Source of the DNA: Nitrospinaceae bacterium
Lineage (GTDB): Bacteria > Nitrospinota > Nitrospinia > Nitrospinales > VA-1
DNA length: 38,602 nucleotides
Assembly: GCA_029937655.1 (NCBI GenBank)
Contig: JAPYPK010000003.1
Location: 1-38,602 of the forward strand
Reading direction: 5' to 3'
Shown: positions 10,968 to 20,115 of the stretch, piece by piece
Position numbering within the stretch: position 1 is the stretch's first letter
How the letters are laid out: each line of letters opens with the position of its first letter
The notes under the pieces: generated by a model
Seen by the model: the letters and a program-made list of their open reading frames with translations, nothing else
What the model was told of the DNA's origin: nothing
Database searches by the model: none
Translations under genes and position numbers: made by a program

Positions 10968-11759
10968 ATGGATCATAGAAAAGTACAATCACTCGCTATG
11001 AAAAAACTACTATATCTTATTATTTTTTCTTTATTATTTCTCCCAAACTATCAAGCACAGGCTAAGTCATCACCAGAGGGTATGGTTCTCATCAAAAAGG
11101 GTTGTTTCATGATGGGCACCAACAAAATACACGACTACTTGGCTTTTGACCCAGATGTCCGAGAACGCCCAAATGATCGAGAACGCCCCGTTCACAAGGT
11201 GTGCCTCGATGCTTTTTATATGGACACCTACGAAACTACACAAGATAAATGGAGCAAGGTGAACCTTATAAATAATTCCGTATACAAAGCCCCTAATATT
11301 GCTGTCAATCAAATTGAATGGGGAGATGCAAATGATTATTGTCAGACGCTCGGAAACCGCCTCCCTACGGAAGCTGAGTGGGAATATGCAGCTCGTGCAG
11401 GCACCACGACGGAGTATCCTTGGGGTGATAAAATGGACCGCAATTATGCTTGGTATGGTGGAAACTCAGGCCATACACATCACCCAGCGGGAACTAGAAA
11501 ACCCAACCCATGGGGATTGTATGACATGTTCGGAGGCGTCTGGGAGTGGGTTAGTGATTGGTATGGCGAGTTCTATTATAAAACCAGCCCACTAAAAAAT
11601 CCTAAAGGTCCATCAAATATTTTGAGCTGGCATGTAATCAGAGGGGGGTCATGGATTGATGACAAACAATTCGTTCGTACCACTATCCGATATCCCGGGT
11701 TAGCTGATAATACGGATGATTTCTGGGTTGGATTCCGCTGTGCCAGAGATTTAAATTAA
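10968..11759 (+). CDS. Exported FGE-sulfatase (SUMF1/PvdO-like) domain protein
   Basis: GCFMMG, ERPVHKV, RLPTEAEWEYAARAG, PNPWGLYDM, RGGSW, GFRCA. Signal peptide MKKLLYL... suggests the true start may be the second ATG at 10998. Confidence 0.92.
   Translation: MDHRKVQSLAMKKLLYLIIFSLLFLPNYQAQAKSSPEGMVLIKKGCFMMGTNKIHDYLAFDPDVRERPNDRERPVHKVCLDAFYMDTYETTQDKWSKVNLINNSVYKAPNIAVNQIEWGDANDYCQTLGNRLPTEAEWEYAARAGTTTEYPWGDKMDRNYAWYGGNSGHTHHPAGTRKPNPWGLYDMFGGVWEWVSDWYGEFYYKTSPLKNPKGPSNILSWHVIRGGSWIDDKQFVRTTIRYPGLADNTDDFWVGFRCARDLN
11160..11188 (+). repeat. 11-bp direct repeat CGAGAACGCCC x2 inside the FGE-domain gene
   Basis: Copies at 11160-11170 and 11178-11188 (18-bp period), encoding RERP-ND-RERP. 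Confidence 0.8.
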
Positions 11760-11793
11760 TCAATATGCCAGATCAAAAATCTCTCTACATGTA

Positions 11794-12438
11794 ATGACTT
11801 TTGTTTTTGATTCTCGCACAACCAATAGGTTATACCAAAAACTTAGATCAAGTATTCCTGTCGCTACAACAGAGTTGAGCTACAGTAATCATTTCGAACT
11901 ACTAATAGCAGTAATGCTTACTGCTCAGGCAACAGATAAAATCGTAAATGAAGTAACCCCATCGCTTTTTAAAAAGTGCCCTAGCCCCAAAAGCTTTATT
12001 TTGTACGGCGAAAAAAAACTAGCTCGCTTGATAAAAAGAATCGGTTTAGCGCCTACCAAAGCAAAAAATATTATTCGCACGTGTCAAATATTATTAAAAA
12101 ATCACAATGGCGTTATACCTAAAACTCGAGAGGAGTTAGTAGAACTTCCAGGTGTTGGTAGAAAAACGGCAAATGTTGTTTTAAATGAAGCATTTGGAAT
12201 ACCTACTATAGCCGTCGACACACATGTGTTTAGAGTTGCCAATCGCACAGGATTAGCCAAGGGAAAGACTGTCCTTGAAACTGAAAAAAAATTAATAGAA
12301 GTAACTCCGGAGAAATGGAAAAAAGACGCGCACCATTATCTTATTCTTCATGGACGTTATGTTTGCAAAGCAAAAAACTTTAAATGCTCCAACTGCTCCA
12401 TCATTAAAGAGTGTCAGTTTAAAAATAAAACTAAATAG
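11794..12438 (+). CDS. nth: Endonuclease III
   Basis: FELLIAVMLTAQATD, HhH LPGVGRKTANVV, AVDTHVFRV, and the 4Fe-4S motif C-x6-C-x2-C-x5-C. Confidence 0.96.
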   Translation: MTFVFDSRTTNRLYQKLRSSIPVATTELSYSNHFELLIAVMLTAQATDKIVNEVTPSLFKKCPSPKSFILYGEKKLARLIKRIGLAPTKAKNIIRTCQILLKNHNGVIPKTREELVELPGVGRKTANVVLNEAFGIPTIAVDTHVFRVANRTGLAKGKTVLETEKKLIEVTPEKWKKDAHHYLILHGRYVCKAKNFKCSNCSIIKECQFKNKTK

Positions 12439-12440
12439 AA

Positions 12441-13205
12441 ATGTCCACCCAAAAAAAAAGAAGTTATGCAGATCTTGTAAAACGATTAAGCAAAACACTA
12501 GATAATACCGTTCAAATTTTTACCCTTGACCATATTAAATATTCAAATAATAAATATCCCTTCCAAAAAATAATATTAGGAGTTCATAATCCGAGGCGAG
12601 TTCTAATTTCAGCAGGAATTCATGGGGATGAACCGGCCGGAATTGAAACAATATGCTCTTTTTTAGAAAATAGTAGGTACAAAAAACATTTGGATCAATG
12701 GGAAATCACTATACTCCCATGTATTAATCCTTATGGTTTTGAAAATGACACCCGTGAAAACCATGAGAGCAAAGATTTAAACCGCTTATTCAAGGTTCAC
12801 AACCCCCCACTTGAAGTAAAATTAGCTAAATCGATCATTGAGCCCTCATATTTTGACATGACAATAGAATTACATGAGGATTGTGATAGCCATGGATATT
12901 ACTTGTTCCAAAAATCTAACACACCTAATGGACTTGAAATTGGAGTTAAAATTATCGAAGCGCTGAAAGGAGTTATTTCAATTAATTCAGATAAAACTAT
13001 TGAGAACATGCCTGCAGAAAAAGGAATTATACATAGAATAAAAGACATCAATCAGATGGAATGGTGGCCTATGGCTGGATATTCGCTTTCAATGAAAGCA
13101 GTCCATTGCTTAACCCTTGAAACTCCCACCATGCTACCTATGGACACACGTGTACAAGCGCACCTCTTGGCCATCGATCAAGCATTAATGTGTAATCATC
13201 AATAA
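12441..13205 (+). CDS. M14-family zinc carboxypeptidase / desuccinylase-like hydrolase
   Basis: ISAGIHGDEPAG (HxxE), PCINPYG, DLNRLF, IELHED, TLETP. Confidence 0.85.
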   Translation: MSTQKKRSYADLVKRLSKTLDNTVQIFTLDHIKYSNNKYPFQKIILGVHNPRRVLISAGIHGDEPAGIETICSFLENSRYKKHLDQWEITILPCINPYGFENDTRENHESKDLNRLFKVHNPPLEVKLAKSIIEPSYFDMTIELHEDCDSHGYYLFQKSNTPNGLEIGVKIIEALKGVISINSDKTIENMPAEKGIIHRIKDINQMEWWPMAGYSLSMKAVHCLTLETPTMLPMDTRVQAHLLAIDQALMCNHQ

Positions 13206-13254
13206 GTGTGCTGCCGTTTTATCACAATCAAAGGCGGTAATAAAATTAGGGGAC

Positions 13255-15444
13255 TTAACTTAACTTGAGGGGAGATATAATAGGAACAACTATAGGCTCT
13301 CCAACGGGGATAGAATTGATATCCTTCCTTGGATTATAACTAGCAAGTAACCAGAAAGGGATAGCGTATATTTCGTTACATAATTCCCAAGCGGTTTCAC
13401 CCTTGGCCATATTTCGAACTAAAAGCTTCTCAATCATAAAATTATTAAAAAAATCTTCCTGTATAGCTTTATGATATTCCTGTCTTCGTTCTTCAAAAAG
13501 ATCTGGTTCCACCTTTAGGAATGGAACTTTAATTTCCGCATGGACATTTAACTGAGACCTCTTATTCATCCGATTAAGTTTTAATATTTTTTTAACCGGT
13601 AATTTGCTCCACTCCGCATAGTGACTTAACGTTTCATCAAAGTCCACCACGATGACTCCGACTTGAGATGAGTTCATAGTATCGTTACCAGTAAAGGAAA
13701 CTGGGCGAAATGCTGGCCTACCATGATTAGCTTTATCTACAGATTTAATATGAGCAAGTTTTACTTCAAAGGTTTGATTTGTCCGTTTTTCCGAGTTATT
13801 TTTTTTCGGATCAGGTTTGAAAGTATTTCGTTTGACAACTTTAGGTCTGGATGCAATCTGCATTCGATCATTTAATGGTATTTCTCCCGAAGGAACGTTT
13901 AACAACTGACCGCGAATAATCTGATCCGGATATTTAATTCGATTTAACCTGAGTAATTCGTTTACTTCTGTATCAAATCGATTAGCAATTTTCGTTAAAT
14001 TATCATTGCGACGTACTTTATATGTACTTAATTCACCACTATATTTTTTCTGATATTGTTTTACCATACGAACTGAAGGGTAAGCAGAACCTCCCCTCCC
14101 AGGCAAACGAAGTACCTGTCCTATATATATTTTATTCCTATGAGTTAGATTATTATATGAGTATAACTTATTGACTGAAGTTCTAAATCGCGATGCAATT
14201 ACCGACAGGGTATCCCCTCGGCGAACGGTATACCATTTTGAGCGAATCTGGTTTTTGTGACGCTCACTAGCCGGGATAATCTGATAAAAACTTCTTTGTT
14301 GAGAAAGTTTATTTTGAGGAGCTTGAAAGGTGAAATTTCGCGGAATTCGCTTCTGACCAGATATAACTGGCCTTCTAAGAGCGGGATTATATTTTGCTAT
14401 TTCATCTCTTGTCATGTTCAGGCTAGGCATAACACTATTTATGTGAACAAAATCTTTAAAAACAACGGAAGATAAATTCAAAGGTTGTTCAAATTTAGCA
14501 TTAGGAAAATATTTATTCTTGTTTTTCACAACATGCAGTGCCGCTAAAAATTCCGCATAGAAATTTTTAGAAGCAAAACCAAAACTACGGCTTCTGTAGC
14601 CATTGATCACATCTACGATGTTGGCTCCATATCTTTTTTTAGCATTTTTCATTCCCTGAGTACCATGATTATACGCTGTAATAGCAAGTGGCCAGCTTTG
14701 CAGAGCTTTAAAGTTTGATTTTAAAAGTTTTGCTCCAGCAATAGTAGATAGAATTGGATCTCTACGCTCATCAACATCATAACCAACATTCATAAACAAA
14801 CGCCCAGTTCCGCGAGTAAACTGCCAAATCCCAGCCGCCCCGGCACTGGAGTACGCATTTACTTGAAACGAAGATTCGACGTGCGGGAGTACCGTTAATT
14901 CTAAAGGAAGTTTAGCTTCAGCGAAAATTTGATTAATTCTGTCTTTATACTTACCGGAACGTTCAATACCAGATTTAAAACGGTCACTCTGGCCGATTTG
15001 AACCCTTATTCTCCGGGAGGCTTTTCTAAAATTTGACTTAACTAAATTGTAAATTCTTTTAGGTTCACCTTTTAATGACTGCTTTTTTTTGGTTCTGGAT
15101 ATTTTTAGTAATAATTTTTTATACTTTTTTTTAACCAGACCCAATCTATACTCCCTTGACCTTCTCGACATATTTGATCCATTTTTGATATAGAGAACCT
15201 CATAAATTATGCCAAGGTTATCCATGTCATGAACTACGTAATGATCTGTGGAGTATTCAGAATAGATCTTTTTCCAAAATTTAACTTTCGACTCAAGTCC
15301 TACAGGAGTGGAAAAATCATAATGATGTAATGTGTGCACTTCTCTATTAAGGTTTGCATGCACATAACCTTCAGAAAAGAAATGTATAATTAAAAAAAGA
15401 AACAATATCTTTATAGATTTAGTGAACAAATTATTATCTTTCAA
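13255..15444 (-). CDS. Lytic transglycosylase (SLT domain) with LysM repeats, MltD-like
   Basis: HVESSF, AAGIWQF, AITAYNHG. Two clear LysM domains (YTVRRGDTLSVIASRF, YKVRRNDNLTKIANRF) and a signal peptide. Confidence 0.92.
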   Translation of the reverse strand: MKDNNLFTKSIKILFLFLIIHFFSEGYVHANLNREVHTLHHYDFSTPVGLESKVKFWKKIYSEYSTDHYVVHDMDNLGIIYEVLYIKNGSNMSRRSREYRLGLVKKKYKKLLLKISRTKKKQSLKGEPKRIYNLVKSNFRKASRRIRVQIGQSDRFKSGIERSGKYKDRINQIFAEAKLPLELTVLPHVESSFQVNAYSSAGAAGIWQFTRGTGRLFMNVGYDVDERRDPILSTIAGAKLLKSNFKALQSWPLAITAYNHGTQGMKNAKKRYGANIVDVINGYRSRSFGFASKNFYAEFLAALHVVKNKNKYFPNAKFEQPLNLSSVVFKDFVHINSVMPSLNMTRDEIAKYNPALRRPVISGQKRIPRNFTFQAPQNKLSQQRSFYQIIPASERHKNQIRSKWYTVRRGDTLSVIASRFRTSVNKLYSYNNLTHRNKIYIGQVLRLPGRGGSAYPSVRMVKQYQKKYSGELSTYKVRRNDNLTKIANRFDTEVNELLRLNRIKYPDQIIRGQLLNVPSGEIPLNDRMQIASRPKVVKRNTFKPDPKKNNSEKRTNQTFEVKLAHIKSVDKANHGRPAFRPVSFTGNDTMNSSQVGVIVVDFDETLSHYAEWSKLPVKKILKLNRMNKRSQLNVHAEIKVPFLKVEPDLFEERRQEYHKAIQEDFFNNFMIEKLLVRNMAKGETAWELCNEIYAIPFWLLASYNPRKDINSIPVGEPIVVPIISPLKLS

Positions 15445-15543
15445 TTGCAGGTAATTAGTATTTTTAAGGGACAGTATAATGGACTAATTCAAAAGGGAGT
15501 TAAATTACTACTAGAAAAACAACCTAACTTCTATATTTTCAAA

Positions 15544-15572
15544 AGGCTAACAAAGCTGCCACTGCCAGTCAA
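15544..15572 (-). promoter_or_regulatory. Possible sigma70 promoter of the lytic transglycosylase gene
   Basis: Minus strand TTGACT, 17 bp spacer, TAGCCT preceded by a TGn extension. Confidence 0.4.
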
Positions 15573-15629
15573 GGTAAATCCAGCACCAGAATTAAACCTT
15601 TGAAAAATCAATACGTGATAAAATTAAAC

Positions 15630-15920
15630 TTATTTATTTTTAGACGAATACTCACTATTAAGTCTATATACAAAGGACAATAACTCGGCTACTACCTGGT
15701 ATAAAGATGCCGGAATTTCACGATTTAAATCAACTTTCGAGAGTAGGTGGACTAAGTCCGGATCTTCCTTTATTGGAACATTATTTTCTTTTGCCAAAGC
15801 AATAATTTTATCAGCAATTAGTCCCTTACCCTTTGCGGTAACAACGGGAGATTTGTTAACTCTATTGTCGTACCGCAGCGACACTGCAGAACGATCTGGT
15901 TTTTTTTTGAAATCAATCAT
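15630..15920 (-). CDS. Stand-alone FlhB C-terminal domain protein (FlhX/YlqH-like)
   Basis: AVSLRY...PVVTAKGKGLIADKIIALAKENNVPI...IPASLYQVVAELL. No TM domain and no NPTH motif. Confidence 0.93.
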   Translation of the reverse strand: MIDFKKKPDRSAVSLRYDNRVNKSPVVTAKGKGLIADKIIALAKENNVPIKEDPDLVHLLSKVDLNREIPASLYQVVAELLSFVYRLNSEYSSKNK

Positions 15921-17476
15921 GTTGTCAAATCCACCAATCTATCAGAATCACATGTTAATAACTGGTCCAATTGTTTTTCCAATTTTCTATCAATAGTACC
16001 AACAACACAACATGATGCGCTAACCTCAAAGTCCAAACTACTTAAGCGAGAACAAAAATCTTTAAGATTACCGTCTATAAATTTAGCTACATTTTCACTC
16101 TCAACATCAATTTTAATTGAAATAGATTCCTTGTTCATTTTGGCATCAACACGAATATTTCCGAGCACTGATAATTCCAACAGAAAAACAAGAAGCACGT
16201 CATCATTATTTTTATCCTCTTTCCCTTTACCCTCATCCTCAGGACGTCTCAAATAAAGGTTAACTGTCTTACCAACCATAAAAGGATCAGGAATTTGTAA
16301 TAGGATAGGTTGATTTTCTTGACGTGCAAATTGATTCGTCAATTGCTGCAATTCAATATTTTCAACTGCCCGAAGTAAAACTTTAATTACCTCTGTAAAT
16401 TGACGCCTCTGACTAGCCGAAATATCCTTTTCTACACTCTTTGCCTCTAAGACCTCCAACAACTTTGTGAGTTGACCCTTCAAGTCGTTTCTCACATTAA
16501 ATGGAATTTCAAAAGGGACTTTTCCCTGAAAAATATTTTTCACTTTTGGCTCATAATTAATGCCAGATAAATCTATTTGTTCTTTTAGTTGGGTACTGCC
16601 TTGACTTAGAAAATTTTGTACCGTGGGTGGAGTTTTTACAAAATTCAAAGTTTTGGCCAAACGCCAAACTAAATCGGTTTTAGTACTGAGATTCTTAATA
16701 ACCTCAGATGAATTAACCAAAATATCTAGTCTTTCAAGCATTACTCCAAACGGTTCTTTAAAAGGTAATAAAGATTTAATTCTAAAAATATCAACCAGCT
16801 TAGACGTATTATCCGGTTGAACTACAAGCCTAAAACCATCACGATGTGGGGTGACTACTAAAGAAACATTTTCCCCGGTTTTAGGTGGTAGTGAAGAAAA
16901 ATAGGCAGTTATCAATTTATTTTCAAAATTAACAACTATATTATTATTTCCAGAAATATCCACAACGGTAGCTTTTATTGATTGACCTGATGTGAGATTC
17001 ATATTGTCGATTTCACGTGCCGACAAATCTCTAGAAAAAATATTACTGGATTTTGTTAGGGTGAGATTAGGGTTAGAATCCAAAATTGATTTATTATCGA
17101 ATACTTGATTTGATGGAATATTTGAAAAATTTTTGCCAGATATTTTGGTTCTATCCTCAATGCCATGTGATGGGGAAGTTGGATGAGAGTCTATTAATTT
17201 TATCTGTAATGGCAATTCAGAAGAAGGTCTATATACTTGAGCAGAAAAAGAATGCCCAGGAGTTAAAGGATGTCGTGTTTCAACCATTATCCGCTTATTA
17301 AAAATTTTTAGAATAGCTTTATTTTTCTCGGGCAATGATTCTAAAACGGTAGCCTGGAACTGTGCCCCCGATTTAAGAAATTTATTTAAATAAGGGAGAG
17401 TATCGAGAGAACTATTGACCAATGTCAATTTCAATGAGTTTTCAGATAAACCTTCAGGAATCAATTCAACCTCCAA
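15917..17476 (-). CDS. FliK-like (hook-length control C-terminal domain) protein
   Basis: C-terminal LELSVLGNIRVDAKM...ISIKIDVE...LSSLDF pattern. Overlaps the FlhB-C gene by ATGA, the usual context for this pair. Confidence 0.75.
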   Translation of the reverse strand: MEVELIPEGLSENSLKLTLVNSSLDTLPYLNKFLKSGAQFQATVLESLPEKNKAILKIFNKRIMVETRHPLTPGHSFSAQVYRPSSELPLQIKLIDSHPTSPSHGIEDRTKISGKNFSNIPSNQVFDNKSILDSNPNLTLTKSSNIFSRDLSAREIDNMNLTSGQSIKATVVDISGNNNIVVNFENKLITAYFSSLPPKTGENVSLVVTPHRDGFRLVVQPDNTSKLVDIFRIKSLLPFKEPFGVMLERLDILVNSSEVIKNLSTKTDLVWRLAKTLNFVKTPPTVQNFLSQGSTQLKEQIDLSGINYEPKVKNIFQGKVPFEIPFNVRNDLKGQLTKLLEVLEAKSVEKDISASQRRQFTEVIKVLLRAVENIELQQLTNQFARQENQPILLQIPDPFMVGKTVNLYLRRPEDEGKGKEDKNNDDVLLVFLLELSVLGNIRVDAKMNKESISIKIDVESENVAKFIDGNLKDFCSRLSSLDFEVSASCCVVGTIDRKLEKQLDQLLTCDSDRLVDLTT

Positions 17477-17536
17477 TTAAAAAACAAAGGTTTGAGTATT
17501 GCAAAAACAAAAGAAATTATAGTTAACGATTTTTTT

Positions 17537-17878
17537 TTAAACGGTAAGGTTGATGTTCTGCCCTTGGTGAGAATTACCTTTAAAGACATTTTCTTGGGTA
17601 GAATTTGGGAGGGCCTTTTCAAGATCATTATTTTGCTTAGATTTATTGCGAAGCCTAATATCGCGTCTTCGTTTTGCCTCAGGGCTAACTGAGTCTGGGG
17701 CTTCTATTTTCTCAGGGTCCTGAACTTCAATTTGTTTCAATTCATTTACAGCAACTTGTTCCTTCTGAATTTGCTGAGCAGTAGTTGACGGAAGCTGCTG
17801 CATCGTCTGCTGCAACTTTTCAGCATGCGTTCCCATTTGAAGAGTTTGCTGAGTATTTACAATTTCTATAGTTGGCAT
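17537..17878 (-). CDS. Small Gln-rich hypothetical protein ending GQNINLTV
   Basis: 113-aa ORF co-oriented between fliL and the FliK-like gene. Confidence 0.75.
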   Translation of the reverse strand: MPTIEIVNTQQTLQMGTHAEKLQQTMQQLPSTTAQQIQKEQVAVNELKQIEVQDPEKIEAPDSVSPEAKRRRDIRLRNKSKQNNDLEKALPNSTQENVFKGNSHQGQNINLTV

Positions 17879-17917
17879 GGTTTAAAGCTATCGATTAACA
17901 AATAAGAGACATTAATC

Positions 17918-17945
17918 AATATAGCTCAACAACCTCCATTGTCAA
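17918..17945 (-). promoter_or_regulatory. Possible sigma70 promoter of orf113-fliK-like-flhX
   Basis: Minus strand TTGACA, 16 bp spacer, TATATT. Confidence 0.5.
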
Positions 17946-18000
17946 GCGAACCAATACAAGCAACAAGTTAGTTATTAACTTTTACGGCAAAAGAAAAAGT

Positions 18001-18588
18001 CTACTTAACTATAAATTCAGAAAAATAGACCTCTTGAACAACACCCGTCCCAACAGGTAAAAGTTCGTTAACCTTAGTAATAATCCTTTTTTTAACTCGT
18101 TCCTTAGTGGACTCTATTTTTGTGGTGAGATTTTTATAGCTTTGCCGAAGAAGAATATTATAAATTCTTTTTCGAATACTGGGCAGGTTTTTAGAGATCT
18201 CCCCCCCTAACCCTGCATTGCTCATGCTAAAACTAGGGGTAACCAGAAGGAAACGACCTGATTCATCCTTACCCTTAAGCTTGATAGGAAAGAAAAATGC
18301 CTTGAGTGGATACATGTGTACTTTGTCAAACTTTGGTTGTACTAATTTACTGGCAACATCATCGCCCTCACCTAAAGCGCCTTCTGTTTCTAAATCAACC
18401 CCCTCTTCCGTCACAACATCACTTTTTGGCTCATCTCCTGAAAGAAAATAATACGCAGCGCCACCAATAAGTAAAAGAAGAAGCAAAACACCGCCACCGA
18501 CCATAATCATTAATTTTTTATCGGATTTAAGCTTTGCAATCAGGCTCGGTTCACTAGTATCTGATTCAGTTTTATCGTCTTCGGCCAT
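18001..18588 (-). CDS. fliL: Flagellar basal body-associated FliL family protein
   Basis: KK followed by a single TM helix ending GGAAYYFL, an acidic linker, LPSIRKRI, and C-terminal VQEVYFSEFIVK. Confidence 0.85.
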   Translation of the reverse strand: MAEDDKTESDTSEPSLIAKLKSDKKLMIMVGGGVLLLLLLIGGAAYYFLSGDEPKSDVVTEEGVDLETEGALGEGDDVASKLVQPKFDKVHMYPLKAFFFPIKLKGKDESGRFLLVTPSFSMSNAGLGGEISKNLPSIRKRIYNILLRQSYKNLTTKIESTKERVKKRIITKVNELLPVGTGVVQEVYFSEFIVK

Positions 18589-18609
18589 AATTCTTGATTA
18601 AATATTACT

Positions 18610-19215
18610 CTACGCAAGACTCTGAAATTCAGAATACAAACAATGTACCTGAGATTTCAATAGGTCTCGACCACTTGTGTTATCTAAAACATAATCGGCA
18701 TAATTCAACTTTTCCTCTAGCGACATTTGTGATTTAAGACGACTTTTAACGGAGGCACGGGATTCTCCGTCACGGTTCACCACACGTTGAATTTGCAGTT
18801 CCTGAGCACTTTGAATAATTATAACTTTAGCAACATTTTTATAGTTTTTTGATTCAATCAATAAAGCTGAATCAATAATAACAACAGCTTCAGGGCTTAT
18901 CTTTTGATGATCTGAATATATTTTTTTTTCTTCTGCTATAATGCGGTGATGCAAAATAACTTCTAAAGCATGTCTCTTTTTATCACTTTGGAAAACTTCG
19001 GCTGCTAATTTTGACCTATTTAGAGTTTTATCAGGGTTCAAATATTCGTTGCCAAACTTGTCAACAATTTCTTTCCAGGCAGGTTGATGGGGAGCGACGA
19101 GCTGCCGACTTATAAGGTCTGCATCAATAATATAGGCACCTAATTCCTTAAAGTACGATGCGGCAAGGGACTTTCCCGACCCTATATTTCCAGTCAATCC
19201 GATTAAAATGGACAT
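18610..19215 (-). CDS. coaE: Dephospho-CoA kinase
   Basis: IGLTGNIGSGKS, IIDADLISRQLV, ALLIE, SQMSLEEK...ADYVLDN. Confidence 0.96.
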   Translation of the reverse strand: MSILIGLTGNIGSGKSLAASYFKELGAYIIDADLISRQLVAPHQPAWKEIVDKFGNEYLNPDKTLNRSKLAAEVFQSDKKRHALEVILHHRIIAEEKKIYSDHQKISPEAVVIIDSALLIESKNYKNVAKVIIIQSAQELQIQRVVNRDGESRASVKSRLKSQMSLEEKLNYADYVLDNTSGRDLLKSQVHCLYSEFQSLA

Positions 19216-19227
19216 AGCAATCCTCTA

Positions 19228-20085
19228 TCACTCAAAGCGCTCTAGAAAATTTTCATATAAGCAAACCAAACTTCGAGTAATAGGACCTGGCTTCCCATCA
19301 CCAACAATTTTTCTATCCAAACGAGTAACGGGCATAAGATTTTTAACAGACCCAGTTAAAAACATTTCATCAGCACTTTCAAGAATCTCAACAGGCCAAG
19401 CACCTTGCTCCAATCTAAATCCATTTTCCTGACTGAGTTTAATGACCAGATCTCTTGTTATACCAGCTAATATTCCACAATCTAAAGAAGGTGTCATCAG
19501 ACTCCCATTTCGCACAAAAAAGAAATTACTTGTTGTGCTCTCCGTTAAATGACCTTGTGAATTTAGCATTAAAGCATCATGTGCACCAAGACGCTCAGAC
19601 TCTATTTTAGCAAGTACATTGTTTAAATAGTTTCCAGTTTTAATGTTAGGACTCAGCGCATCTTTTGAATTTCTCTGAACACTGACAACAGCAAGGTGAA
19701 TTCCATTTTCGTAGAATTCTGAAGGGTATATATGCGCAGGAGTCACGTAAATAAGAACGAGCGGAGATAGGCAGGACGAAGGGTCAATGTTTATATCTCC
19801 CACACCACGAGTCACAACTATACGAACATAGGATTCTTGGTTTGCCGCATCTGCGAGAGTACGGTCAATCTGCTTCCTCAACCAAAAATCATCAAACGGA
19901 ATAACCAGTTCGATTCCTCCTGCAGAACGACGCAACCTCTTTAAATGTTCATCAAGAAAACAAGGGCGATTTTTCCTAGTATTAACAACCTCGTAAACAC
20001 TATCGCCAAATAAAAAACCATGGTCGAAAACTGAAACAAACGCTTCTTCTTTTATCGTTCCGTTAATATTAATACGTGTCTTCAT
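19228..20085 (-). CDS. Class IV PLP aminotransferase (IlvE/Dat/PabC family)
   Basis: DHGFLFGDSVYE, HLKRLRRSA, IKTGNYL, ESTTSNFF, ILAGITR. Confidence 0.93.
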   Translation of the reverse strand: MKTRININGTIKEEAFVSVFDHGFLFGDSVYEVVNTRKNRPCFLDEHLKRLRRSAGGIELVIPFDDFWLRKQIDRTLADAANQESYVRIVVTRGVGDINIDPSSCLSPLVLIYVTPAHIYPSEFYENGIHLAVVSVQRNSKDALSPNIKTGNYLNNVLAKIESERLGAHDALMLNSQGHLTESTTSNFFFVRNGSLMTPSLDCGILAGITRDLVIKLSQENGFRLEQGAWPVEILESADEMFLTGSVKNLMPVTRLDRKIVGDGKPGPITRSLVCLYENFLERFE

Positions 20086-20115
20086 GCAATCTAGTATTAA
20101 AAAATTTACAAAAAA

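Noticed and set aside
10968-11759. Diversity-generating retroelement target (FGE/CLec fold ending in GFR)
   Set aside because: No reverse transcriptase and no template-repeat copy of the 3' end seen in the window.
13211-13239. Terminator between the M14 and transglycosylase genes
   Set aside because: The stem depends on several G-U pairs and has no U-tract on the plus strand.
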